Of a stretch of DNA of 55,836 nucleotides, positions 37,801 to 46,010 are shown in pieces. Each line of letters begins with the position of its first letter. Position 1 is the stretch's first letter. Below the pieces are notes generated by a model. The model had not been told where the DNA came from, did not search any database, and was given only the letters and a program-made list of their open reading frames with translations. The translations under genes were made by a program, and so were the position numbers. The stretch comes from a virus. Lineage: Duplodnaviria > Caudoviricetes. The stretch spans positions 1-55,836 of the IMG/VR virus record IMGVR_UViG_3300014962_000009; one strand, 5' to 3'.

Positions 37801-38088
37801 TTAACGTGAAGTGACTTTGACAGAGAAGACAGCAGCAGTCTTTGTATAGGCTGCAAGCTGCTCGGCAGTGATACCCAGATCGGCAGACAACTTTTTCCAG
37901 TCAACGGTAGAGCGGTTAGCTTCGATGACGGTAGCCTTGAACAGGTCGCCCTCGAACACCTTGCTGCCGCCGGGAGCAGTAGCGGAATCTTTGAGATCGG
38001 CTTTGATTGCGTCAGCCTGCTTTTCGAGCTCAGCGATCTGAGCCAGCAGTGCGCCGAGAGTGTCGATGGTGTTGAGATCGTTTTTCAT
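37801..38088 (-). CDS. Early coiled-coil protein
   Basis: D.LG.LLAQIA.L.KQAD.IK..LK...FEG.LFKATV...VKVTSR; preceded by promoter copy 2. Confidence 0.7.
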   Translation of the reverse strand: MKNDLNTIDTLGALLAQIAELEKQADAIKADLKDSATAPGGSKVFEGDLFKATVIEANRSTVDWKKLSADLGITAEQLAAYTKTAAVFSVKVTSR

Positions 38089-38167
38089 GGTCAGTTCTCC
38101 TTAGTTCGCATCCGGTCTAATTGGTGACCGTGATGCTAGTGTAAGTCGGACTTAAACGACCTGTCAA
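38089..38167 (-). promoter_or_regulatory. Early sigma70 promoter plus conserved leader, copy 2
   Basis: TTGACA-18 bp-TACACT; leader GCATCACGGTC...GACCGGATGCGAAC-TAAGGAGAACTGACC-ATG. Confidence 0.75.
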
Positions 38168-38175
38168 CAACTTTA

Positions 38176-38469
38176 TTAAAATATTTTTTCTTCTTGCTCA
38201 AGTGGCAACCCATCAGTCAGCAGGCGCTGGATGGTGACGTTCAGGGCGTCGAGCTCGTCCATCTTGCGGATAGCCCATGCCCGCTTCTGGCCGTGCCAAC
38301 CCATCATAGATCCCTGATGGCAGTCGTAACAGAGCGCTACAGTGGTGTACTGCTGGCCTTGGTTGATGTGGTGGGCAGAGCTAGGGGGAGGGGCATTGCA
38401 GACGCTGCAGGGCAGGCTCTTGACCCTTGCCAGATGCTTCCGGTCAGCAGCCGTCAGCTTGTTGTTCAT
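38176..38469 (-). CDS. Ref/DUF968-like HNH-type Zn nuclease
   Basis: HL..VK.LPC.VC...AHH...ALC.DCH.G..GWHG. Confidence 0.7.
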   Translation of the reverse strand: MNNKLTAADRKHLARVKSLPCSVCNAPPPSSAHHINQGQQYTTVALCYDCHQGSMMGWHGQKRAWAIRKMDELDALNVTIQRLLTDGLPLEQEEKIF

Positions 38470-38798
38470 AGCGTAACCTTGCCCTCAGCCCGGTTGCTGG
38501 CCTCCTGAGACCGCCAGACCTCGACCCTTGCTTGAGCTGCCACCATCTCCCAGCGCAGCGTTTCTTCGACCTCTACGGCAGCCTGCAACCCCTTTAAAAG
38601 CGCAACATACTCAGGATGACTGTACGCCTCACGCTCCTGAGCATTAACGGCGTTTTCCATGGATTGCTTCATCAGGATAGCTTTCAGACTCTTACGGTAT
38701 TCTTCCATGTAGATACGGTCTGCTTTGGCCTTTGCATAGTGCTTGCCATTGTCCCGAATAAAATCGACCGCCCTATGTGGGTCAATCTCACGTTCCAT
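38466..38798 (-). CDS. Conserved helical phage protein
   Basis: YA.AKA.R...EE.RKSLKA...AQEREAY.HP.Y...WRS..AS.R. Confidence 0.7.
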   Translation of the reverse strand: MEREIDPHRAVDFIRDNGKHYAKAKADRIYMEEYRKSLKAILMKQSMENAVNAQEREAYSHPEYVALLKGLQAAVEVEETLRWEMVAAQARVEVWRSQEASNRAEGKVTL

Positions 38799-38807
38799 GC
38801 AACCTCC

Positions 38808-38957
38808 TTATTTTTCTGTAGCCCGCTGTTCTTGTTTTTGCTTGCAGTCACTGCAAATCCACCGCTGGCGCATACCGTTATCCAACACAACGTAGGTTCC
38901 GTCTTTAGTTGGCTTTCTGATCTTGCAATTCGTACACAACCTCGGTTCCGATGCCAC
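38808..38957 (-). CDS. Small Zn-ribbon protein B (49 aa)
   Basis: Read by hand with GTG start after GAGG: MASEPRLCTNCKIRKPTKDGTYVVLDNGMRQRWICSDCKQKQEQRATEK. Confidence 0.6.
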   Translation of the reverse strand: MASEPRLCTNCKIRKPTKDGTYVVLDNGMRQRWICSDCKQKQEQRATEK

Positions 38958-39064
38958 GTTCCTCAACAACACGATTAACCACCCTTCTTACTTGCCCTTT
39001 GTCTATTTTATATTTCTTTGCAATCGCGCCAATGGACTCGCCGCGCATCCATGCAATATAAATA

Positions 39065-39250
39065 TCAATGTCTTGTTTTTGCAACTCTGACTCCCATCAT
39101 CATGTCAGCCATATCAAATGCAGCTTCAGCAATAAACCTGAGATTGTGTTCACTCTCAAATATTTCTGGATCCACCGATGACATCAAGCCTTGTAATGCA
39201 AATGCAGCAAAAGCACATCGCATCTGCTCTTCAGTATCAAACATGCTCAT
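39065..39250 (-). CDS. Hypothetical protein (FA..ALQG...A...AD.M family)
   Basis: 61 aa, coupled to the resolvase gene. Confidence 0.6.
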   Translation of the reverse strand: MSMFDTEEQMRCAFAAFALQGLMSSVDPEIFESEHNLRFIAEAAFDMADMMMGVRVAKTRH

Positions 39251-39708
39251 GAGAATGTTCTCCTTGCGTAATCCGCTATAAGTAAAGCTTCAGCCTTGCC
39301 ATGGTCTTTCTTCAGCAGCAGTTTAGCTTGCGGGAAAGCAAGCCGAGCTGCTATTAACGATTTTTCCTTCTCGGAATTCAAGCTCATCGCTTTTTTCCAT
39401 ACTTGAGGTATAACGTAAAAAACCCTATCAGTACTGAGTTCAGCAACAGCACCAATAGCACCAAAGGCGCGCATAAAACGCCCAGAACTGGCAATGCCTT
39501 GTTTGGGCATGACGCCCACCTGCTCAAGACAGATCGCATAATCATCTCCCGGTATCGTCATATCAAGAATCATTTGCTTCAATGTGCGAACATCAATCCT
39601 GTCATTGATTGCAGGAATGTCGTAAGCAGCAATGAAATTACCATTATGGTCTATTGCGCCAATGGCCCCAGTGCGCAGACCGGGGTCAATTCCGATCCAT
39701 ACCGTCAT
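39247..39708 (-). CDS. RuvC-like Holliday junction resolvase
   Basis: IGIDPG..GA, LEQV..MP.QG..S, P..WKK, DHG.AEALLIA. Confidence 0.85.
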   Translation of the reverse strand: MTVWIGIDPGLRTGAIGAIDHNGNFIAAYDIPAINDRIDVRTLKQMILDMTIPGDDYAICLEQVGVMPKQGIASSGRFMRAFGAIGAVAELSTDRVFYVIPQVWKKAMSLNSEKEKSLIAARLAFPQAKLLLKKDHGKAEALLIADYARRTFS

Positions 39709-39983
39709 TGTCTTTGTGCCGGTATTCGATTCAGGATTGCATCAGCAGCATTATTCAATGCTGTGCATAACTCACCCTCTTCTTCTTCACTGGCAAGCTT
39801 CTTGACAAGTTCTGCGCAAGCTTCACGCTCAATAAAAATTGCTTGCTTTGTAGTCTCAATGGCTACCGTCATGATCTCGGCCTTTGCTAAAACCAGCGCA
39901 TCATCAAATTCCTTCTGCGTGAATACCTGAACAGCTCCACTACTAGCTAAAAATTGTTTCTGAAAGTTGCTTAACTCGCTCAT
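39705..39983 (-). CDS. Hypothetical protein (EREACA family)
   Basis: AI..EREACA...A..I..R. Confidence 0.6.
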   Translation of the reverse strand: MSELSNFQKQFLASSGAVQVFTQKEFDDALVLAKAEIMTVAIETTKQAIFIEREACAELVKKLASEEEEGELCTALNNAADAILNRIPAQRQ

Positions 39984-40171
39984 TTCCAATCCCCCTTTTC
40001 ACCTCGATTTCCAAGTTTCCATTGATTCGCCACTTCATTCCGGAGCTTCTGACTGTCATGGTTCTTTTCCCACATTCGCAAAAACTCATAAGCCTTATCC
40101 CTGTCTTCAATCCGCATTCGGATAACTTCTCGAACGAGACACTGCCATATTTCGGTTTGTACATCCGTCAA
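39980..40171 (-). CDS. Hypothetical protein
   Basis: 63 aa, QW.LGNRG..GDW. Confidence 0.6.
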   Translation of the reverse strand: MTDVQTEIWQCLVREVIRMRIEDRDKAYEFLRMWEKNHDSQKLRNEVANQWKLGNRGEKGDWK

Positions 40172-41112
40172 AAATCACCCTTCTGATCAAACGCCATTGG
40201 CATTCCATTGTGCTTATCAATGAATTGCTGGCTGTCATTATGAAAATAAAACTCGAACCAAGGTTCGCGTTCCCCGTTTCTTTGTTTCTCGCACATCAGG
40301 TAAGCATCCGGGATCATCGGATCAACGTCCTCACCACGCTCCAGACTATGCTGCTTCTTCTTATTGCGCCACAGAATCAGAACATTGTCCACCTGATCCG
40401 TAATAGAAGATGATCCACGAAGGTCTGACTTGCTCGGACGGACTTCCTCACTTGCCAACTTACGTATGTGGTGAACCAGATGGATGTGAATGTCATTATC
40501 ACGGGCAATTGCCGTAAGCTTGTCCACAAAGTTCTTTTGCTCATTGTATGAATCCTCCCCCGGTACGCACTTCATCAGGCTATCAATGAACATGTGCTGG
40601 ACACCCAGCTTGGTCGCGCAGTGATGGCATACAGCCTCAATCATTTGGGCATTGACCGTGCCCTGCTGGTCGTACAAGTAAAGCTTTTTGTCCACAAAGA
40701 TCTTGAACCGTCCGTAGGCATCCCGCTTCTGGGAATCAGGCGTCTGAACGTAATGATTGGACTCAAGAGACTTCCCGGCAAACTGCCTGATCATTCGCTT
40801 CAGGGTGATCTTTGGCTTCATCTCAAAGCTGGCAATGCAGATCTTCTGCCCCTGCTTCATGAGCCCCAGAGCAACCTGACCAGTCATCAGGGATTTACCA
40901 GAGCCGTTGCTGCCAGCCCAGACAGTGACTTCGCCGGGACGAAAGGCAAAGCTATCAACCGTAATGCTCCATGGCAACATGACTGATCGATCCACCGGCG
41001 GATTGATCAACTCCTCTTCCAATTCGTCTACCCAGACTCTGGCTTCCTTGACCTTTGCTTCGTGGTCAGTCATCGCCAGATAGGCATCAAAATCAATATC
41101 GTCGTCATTCAG
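40168..41112 (-). CDS. DnaB/T7 gp4-like replicative helicase
   Basis: RPGEVTVWAGSNGSGKS Walker A, SFEM, IDSL, HLVHH.RK, D.RGS..I.D..DNV, KQRNG. Confidence 0.88.
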   Translation of the reverse strand: MNDDDIDFDAYLAMTDHEAKVKEARVWVDELEEELINPPVDRSVMLPWSITVDSFAFRPGEVTVWAGSNGSGKSLMTGQVALGLMKQGQKICIASFEMKPKITLKRMIRQFAGKSLESNHYVQTPDSQKRDAYGRFKIFVDKKLYLYDQQGTVNAQMIEAVCHHCATKLGVQHMFIDSLMKCVPGEDSYNEQKNFVDKLTAIARDNDIHIHLVHHIRKLASEEVRPSKSDLRGSSSITDQVDNVLILWRNKKKQHSLERGEDVDPMIPDAYLMCEKQRNGEREPWFEFYFHNDSQQFIDKHNGMPMAFDQKGDF

Positions 41113-41449
41113 GTACATAGCAATCCCATTCGCCGTTTTCGCTATCAATTATCAAATCACCAACTACAGTGATCACCCTTCTTGCTGCTGCCTTCTTCAA
41201 AGCATCGTGCAGTTTCTTTGCAATTTTGTAATCGTTACAGCCTGAGACATGCACCGTCAGACCAACAACAAACCGCAGATCAAGCGTCTCAGGATTCTCC
41301 GTCGGCAAGATCTCGATTTCTGGGTACGGCAGGGTATCTGCGTACAGATGCCATGTCATGCAGTGAAGAGAGGGCCTGTGGCTTATCCAGACGCCCTGTG
41401 GGCGCTTTTTTTCACTGCGGAGGGTCAGCAGTGCTTGATGACCTCTCAT
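41105..41449 (-). CDS. Hypothetical protein in the replication operon
   Basis: LDLRFVVGL.V.V motif; between initiator and helicase. Confidence 0.6.
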   Translation of the reverse strand: MRGHQALLTLRSEKKRPQGVWISHRPSLHCMTWHLYADTLPYPEIEILPTENPETLDLRFVVGLTVHVSGCNDYKIAKKLHDALKKAAARRVITVVGDLIIDSENGEWDCYVPE

Positions 41450-42195
41450 GAGCTTGTAGCCCGTTTTGGAGCCCAGTCGGGCATCCCAGCTTTAACAGCA
41501 GGTTTGGCATAGCTATCGTTTTTCAGCCAATCGGCGTTGAACCCACCCCAACCCCGCTCGCAGCAAATCGTAATCGCCTGCTGCAAGGTCAAACCAGCTT
41601 TTACGGCTTCCCGTTTGATGGCCTCTAGAGCCGTGTCAGTCATCGGTAATTTTTTAGCCTTTCTGACTTGCAAGAAATCATCCCAAAGAGAATCAGACAC
41701 GCCTTCAGGCGGCTTCTGCTTTTTGTTTTTTATTGGGTTAATGGGTTTATGGGTAGCATCATTTTTTGATTCTGCAGCATTGCTCGAGGTATGCTGCAGC
41801 ATAACTGTTGCATTGCTCTGGCTGTCCTGCGGCATTCCAAGGGCATTGTGCAAATCAACATGCTCTTGATGCTGCTGCATTGCCGCTGCATCTTTCCATC
41901 GTTTCATGGCTTTGTTCCGAGCAACTTCAGATTTTGCGTAAACCTTTGAAAGCTCTTCGTCACAACGGGTATGCCGCCAAAAATCATTTTCCAAATAAAA
42001 ATAAGATTGCAATATCAACAACACCTTTTCTCGTGTTGCACCAATCTGAAAAGCCAGCATGTCGGGATCATTTGGCAACGGACGCTCAGTGTCGTAATAC
42101 GTCCACATAAGCTTCAGGTATGACATCTTGTCAGCATCTGACAAAGACGAGGTGGCTTTTAAAAAGTCACCGATATGGTGGCTGTAATAATGCAT
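41446..42195 (-). CDS. Replication initiator, YdaU/DUF1376 family
   Basis: MHYY.HHIGDF...T..LS.....Y..L...YY..E.PL...H.RCD.E; C-terminal W.DF...RK.KK...C.ERGW.GF.A.W. Confidence 0.82.
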   Translation of the reverse strand: MHYYSHHIGDFLKATSSLSDADKMSYLKLMWTYYDTERPLPNDPDMLAFQIGATREKVLLILQSYFYLENDFWRHTRCDEELSKVYAKSEVARNKAMKRWKDAAAMQQHQEHVDLHNALGMPQDSQSNATVMLQHTSSNAAESKNDATHKPINPIKNKKQKPPEGVSDSLWDDFLQVRKAKKLPMTDTALEAIKREAVKAGLTLQQAITICCERGWGGFNADWLKNDSYAKPAVKAGMPDWAPKRATSS

Positions 42196-42200
42196 GTTTG

Positions 42201-42290
42201 CCTCACGTTATTGGCTGTCGTTACTTGAATAGGTGGGACGCAGCAGGCCGGTAACGAATCGGCTTTTCAGGAGCTACCCTAGCTGTTCCC
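42201..42290 (-). ncRNA. Three-way-junction leader RNA with an antisense loop toward downstream sites (c4/CI-like logic)
   Basis: GGGAACAGCTAGGGTAGCTCCTGAAAAGCCGATTCGTTACCGGCCTGCTGCGTCCC. Loop TCGTTAC is complementary to GTAACGA at 42218-42224 and to TAACG beside the RBS at 42206-42210. Confidence 0.6.
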
Positions 42291-42300
42291 GTTAATCATA

Positions 42301-42501
42301 CTAGCCGAAAATGTCGGCCCGCAAGGTTTTTCTGCTGACTTTACCTTTGGTATAACCGCTTATGGCTACCGCCAAAGCAGGGCTTGGCAGCTCCTTGCCA
42401 GAAACAATCAGAGACAACCAAGTCTTGCTAATACTTAAAGCCCTAGCCATTGCTGTTTTAGCACCACGGGGCTGCGATAGAAAATATTCTTGTAATGTCA
42501 T
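42301..42501 (-). CDS. Cro-like HTH regulator
   Basis: MTLQEYF...G.K..MA..L.IS..WLS....G...PS..LA..I...T.G.V....LR.DIF. Confidence 0.8.
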   Translation of the reverse strand: MTLQEYFLSQPRGAKTAMARALSISKTWLSLIVSGKELPSPALAVAISGYTKGKVSRKTLRADIFG

Positions 42502-42606
42502 AAGAAATCCTTGTTGAAGGCTCAATTACAACACGACAAAAAAATTTGCGCAAGAACTTGTAATGCCTAATTAAATGTTGTAATCTGTGAATACTTAATT
42601 GGAGGT
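42490..42606. promoter_or_regulatory. Divergent control region with four TTGTAAT copies
   Basis: TTGTAAT at 42490, 42558 and 42578, and inverted at 42525; extended -10-like TG-T-TGTAAT facing the plus-strand operon. Confidence 0.5.
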
Positions 42607-42612
42607 TACACA

Positions 42613-42840
42613 ATGGACGAACCAAAAAAGAAAGTCATTCCGTACCGCACTTCAACGGGCATCATGATTGGGAAGTTGTACGAAGCACGAGAGCCTATGG
42701 AATATTGCCCTGATATGGAACGTATTCAGACAGCTCTAATTTATGATCAGGAGTTTCTGCGCAAGTTCTGGCTGAAGAATGTCACCTATGTCAGCACAGT
42801 CGTCATCACCATCATAACTCTTGCCATATTTGCAAAATGA
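42613..42840 (+). CDS. Hypothetical protein with C-terminal TM
   Basis: PY.T.TG..IG..Y motif; RBS GGAGG. Confidence 0.65.
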   Translation: MDEPKKKVIPYRTSTGIMIGKLYEAREPMEYCPDMERIQTALIYDQEFLRKFWLKNVTYVSTVVITIITLAIFAK

Positions 42841-42931
42841 TGATCGCGGGGATCCTACTCATAGGGGCTGGCCTTGCCTTAATGGTAATAGGTATAGCGT
42901 TAGGCATTTGTTTAATGATGGGAGATGACGA

Positions 42932-43123
42932 TTGAAAACCATTGAAGCTGCGGCTGTCTCTTACGTTATTTGTATTGCGCTGTTCTCTGTCTTTTGGGGA
43001 TACGCCGCACTATCAAAACCGATGCCGAAACTAAAACCGCTATGCGGTGTAGTAGAAATAAGCCCTGACGTTAACCACGCAGACAAAGAACAATGCAGAA
43101 AAATGAGGAGGCGCTCTTTGTGA
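42932..43123 (+). CDS. Small membrane-anchored protein
   Basis: TM segment followed by C...EISPD......C. Confidence 0.55.
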   Translation: MKTIEAAAVSYVICIALFSVFWGYAALSKPMPKLKPLCGVVEISPDVNHADKEQCRKMRRRSL

Positions 43124-43869
43124 TTCATTATCATGGGTTACCAATTACGCCAGCAACAGCAGCTTTAAGGGCGATAAATAGTGGTCATGCATTTATCAGT
43201 TTTCGCCATCCAGATCAATTAACGCTTGCTCTAGAAGTTGCGCAATCTTTTGCTTTAGATAATGGTGCGTTTTCTGCATGGCGTAGCGGGGAACCAATTA
43301 CCGATTGGTCTATGTATTATGAATGGGTTGCACAACTTCACAGGTATCCGGGGTTTGATTTTGCGGTAATACCAGACGTAATTGATGGCAGTGAAATAGA
43401 TAACGATATCTTGATGTATCAATGGCCTTGGAGGCAGTCAGCCCCATGGGTTGGTGCTCCGGTTTGGCACTTACATGAGTCATTAGAAAGGCTAGACAGA
43501 CTGGTATCAAAATGGCCCCGGATTTGTTTAGGCAGCTCAGGGGATTACGGTCAAATTGGAACCCAAGCTTGGTGGCATCGGATGGCGGAAGCCATGGATG
43601 TAATCTGCGATAAACAGGGAAGACCGGCCTGCAAGATACATGGATTACGAATGCTAAATCCCGAAGTATTTTCTAGATTCCCATTTGCCTCTGCTGATAG
43701 CACAAACATTGGGCAAAACATTGGCATTGATTCTGCATGGAAAGGAACATATACGCCGCCAACAAAAGAGGCAAGGGCAGCGATTATGAGGGAGCGTATT
43801 GAATCTCATCAAAGCCTAACCTTTTGGGATCGTAAATTAAATCCAATTCAGGAGACTCTGTTTGGTTGA
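43120..43869 (+). CDS. TGT-fold / DpdA-like putative DNA base-exchange enzyme
   Basis: IHYHG.PITP, ALDNGAFSAW, IPDVIDG, PVWH, KIHGL, FASADSTN. Likely GTG start at 43120. Confidence 0.55.
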   Translation: MIHYHGLPITPATAALRAINSGHAFISFRHPDQLTLALEVAQSFALDNGAFSAWRSGEPITDWSMYYEWVAQLHRYPGFDFAVIPDVIDGSEIDNDILMYQWPWRQSAPWVGAPVWHLHESLERLDRLVSKWPRICLGSSGDYGQIGTQAWWHRMAEAMDVICDKQGRPACKIHGLRMLNPEVFSRFPFASADSTNIGQNIGIDSAWKGTYTPPTKEARAAIMRERIESHQSLTFWDRKLNPIQETLFG

Positions 43870-44038
43870 TGCTGAAACAAAATTTTGTACCTGCTGTCAA
43901 CGTAGAAAACCAATTGCAGGAGGCAAACAAATGCCGGGGAGGCGCAGAAACTGGCGTTGCCTAAGTTGTGTTGAACGAAGAAGCGTAAGTATTTATTTAT
44001 CAAAAAAAGTTACAACAAATAAAGGAAATAAATTATGA
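43862..44038 (+). CDS. Small Zn-ribbon protein C (58 aa)
   Basis: Read by hand with TTG start after AGGAG: ...KFCTCCQRRKPIAGG...RNWRCLSCVERRSVSIY. Confidence 0.55.
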   Translation: MVDAETKFCTCCQRRKPIAGGKQMPGRRRNWRCLSCVERRSVSIYLSKKVTTNKGNKL

Positions 44039-44316
44039 AAAAATTTTTATTGCTACTTACGTTGTTGTGCGCAACCGCACAGGCAGAGACATGGTTTGAG
44101 ATGCCGAACAAAGTAGGCGGCAAGATTCTTTTGTTATCGCAGAAATGCAGTGGAAACGAAGGGAAGATGGTGATTGCAACGTCACCACAGGGAACAAACG
44201 CAAATGGCTGCTGGTTTTACTTTGCTGACATGGTTCATATCGTGTGGCTGGATGGGGGTGAAATAAAAACATCGACGTTTGACCCGAGGGACTTTCAGAT
44301 GAAGGAACGGAAATGA
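44035..44316 (+). CDS. Secreted/periplasmic protein with signal peptide
   Basis: MKKFLLLLTLLCATAQA signal peptide; N..GG.I.L...C...GCW. Confidence 0.7.
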   Translation: MKKFLLLLTLLCATAQAETWFEMPNKVGGKILLLSQKCSGNEGKMVIATSPQGTNANGCWFYFADMVHIVWLDGGEIKTSTFDPRDFQMKERK

Positions 44317-44543
44317 ATGATGCCGTGAAGAACCCACCCCACTACACGGTAGGTGGTATCGAGACGATTGATTACATGGCGGCTAAGTCCACACCAGAAG
44401 AATTCCATGGGCACCTGCGACTGACAGCATTGAAGTATTTGTCCCGTGCTGGGCATAAGGGGGAAGCACTGGAGGACTACAAGAAAGCAGCGGTATACCT
44501 CGGTTGGCTGATCAACCACATGGAGACGGGGGCGATACGATGA
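44313..44543 (+). CDS. DUF3310 / T7 gp1.7-like protein
   Basis: V.NP.HYT.GGIETIDY...KYL.R.G.K...ED..KA..YL. Confidence 0.85.
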   Translation: MNDAVKNPPHYTVGGIETIDYMAAKSTPEEFHGHLRLTALKYLSRAGHKGEALEDYKKAAVYLGWLINHMETGAIR

Positions 44544-44788
44544 AACCAACACAAGAGCAAGTCATTGCATGGGCGCTGAAATGCGGGGCAAGCATCAAGA
44601 CTGATTGCAACGGAAATGGCGCGTTTGGAAGCGGTGTTGATTTGAATGCGTTTGCCGCTCTCGCCCATGAAGCAGGTCGCAAGGATGAGAATGAGGCGTG
44701 TGCGAAGGTGTGTGATGAGCAAGACCATGACGGTGTAATGATCGCAAAAGATTGCGCTGACGCTATCCGCGCAAGGAGAGAACAATGA
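44540..44788 (+). CDS. Hypothetical protein (ENEACA family)
   Basis: FA.L......ENEACAKVCD...CA.AIRAR. Confidence 0.6.
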   Translation: MKPTQEQVIAWALKCGASIKTDCNGNGAFGSGVDLNAFAALAHEAGRKDENEACAKVCDEQDHDGVMIAKDCADAIRARREQ

Positions 44789-45018
44789 CTGACAAACAAC
44801 CAGAAGCATTACGGCTGGCTGAACAAGATGAAAAGCTTTCACGACTGCTTCGAGCAGAGCCAACATATGCTCCAGAACTACGCCGACTGCATGAAGCGAA
44901 TGCGGAGTTAATAAGAGCATTGATAGATATTGAAGGTAATTATCCTCATCTCTGGGCGGGAGAAAGAGCAAGAGAAGCACTCGCCAAAGCACAAGGAGAG
45001 AACAATGCCAACGGATAG
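44785..45018 (+). CDS. Hypothetical protein
   Basis: KQPEALRLA...ELRRLH..N.EL..AL...AR.A.AKA.G. Confidence 0.65.
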   Translation: MTDKQPEALRLAEQDEKLSRLLRAEPTYAPELRRLHEANAELIRALIDIEGNYPHLWAGERAREALAKAQGENNANG

Positions 45019-45490
45019 AGAGCTAATGCAGCAGGCGCTGGATTGCTTTGAATATAAAAACGGAAACTTGTATTGGAAAATAAATAGATCAATGATGAAA
45101 GTGGGGGATCAGGCTGGTAACATCAATGATCGTGGTTATTCTTATGTTGGAATTAACAACAGAAAATATTCTACGCATCGAATAATTTTTTTAATGCACT
45201 ATGGATATATGCCTGAGTGTATTGACCATATTGACGGCAACAAAGCAAATAACAATATAAAAAATTTGCGTTTAGCAACAGTTTCTCAAAATAATCAAAA
45301 CGTAAAAATCAGGAAAGACAATAAAACAGGCATAAAGGGGGTAAGCAAAGATAGAGGAATGTTCCGTGTTTGTGTTTCTGTAAAGGGAAAAAATAAACAT
45401 TGCGGATATTTTGACGATATTGAATTGGCTGAACTTGTGGCTATTGAGGCGAGAAATAAATTTCACGGGGAGTTTGCAAATCATGGATAA
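45005..45490 (+). mobile_element. HNH-AP2 homing endonuclease
   Basis: HR.IF..HYG..P..IDHIDGNK.NN.I.NLR....QN..N plus AP2-like G.F...E.A...AR...HGEFA; AT-rich. Confidence 0.9.
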
Positions 45491-46010
45491 AAAAGATCGA
45501 CTCGCGCAGCCAGAGCAGAAGGGAAAAGAACAAATCATCTATGACATTCTCTGTTCAGACGAGCAGCCACCAGAAGGGCAGCATTGGGAAGGCTTTGTAG
45601 CAAGCAAGATTGCCGCAGCACTAGCGCAGCCAGAGCAGGAACAAACACGTTCACAAAAAATGCGTGACGCAGGAATAACACGTAGACTAAAAAGATGGGA
45701 CAAAAACGGTGATGACACAGAGCAGGAGCCGGTGGCGTGGGTGAGATGGGACGATGAGGAAAGCTACTGGGACGTTCGCCGCAATCCACCATCGGACGAA
45801 GCGGTTCAATACTTGAAATCGATCAAACGACCGCCGTGGGTTCCTGCTTATCCGCATCCACCACAGCGCGAATGGCAAGGGCTGACGGATGAAGAGATTC
45901 GTGAGTTTGAAATATGGCTTGATGATGAAGAGGAGAAGCATGGCTGGAATCCGCCAGCAGACATTGTTAAGTACATCGAAGCCAAGCTGAAGGAGAAGAA
46001 CAATGGCTAA
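45483..46010 (+). CDS. Modular protein 1 (LAQPEQ / WQGLTDEEI / IEAKLKEKN family)
   Basis: Repeated family motifs; likely ATG start at 45483. Confidence 0.7.
   Translation: MDKKDRLAQPEQKGKEQIIYDILCSDEQPPEGQHWEGFVASKIAAALAQPEQEQTRSQKMRDAGITRRLKRWDKNGDDTEQEPVAWVRWDDEESYWDVRRNPPSDEAVQYLKSIKRPPWVPAYPHPPQREWQGLTDEEIREFEIWLDDEEEKHGWNPPADIVKYIEAKLKEKNNG

Noticed and set aside
38899-38913. 10-nt match (TCTTTAGTTG) between the unit B insert and Zn-ribbon gene B
   Set aside because: Same sense rather than antisense, and short enough to be expected by chance in a genome of this size.
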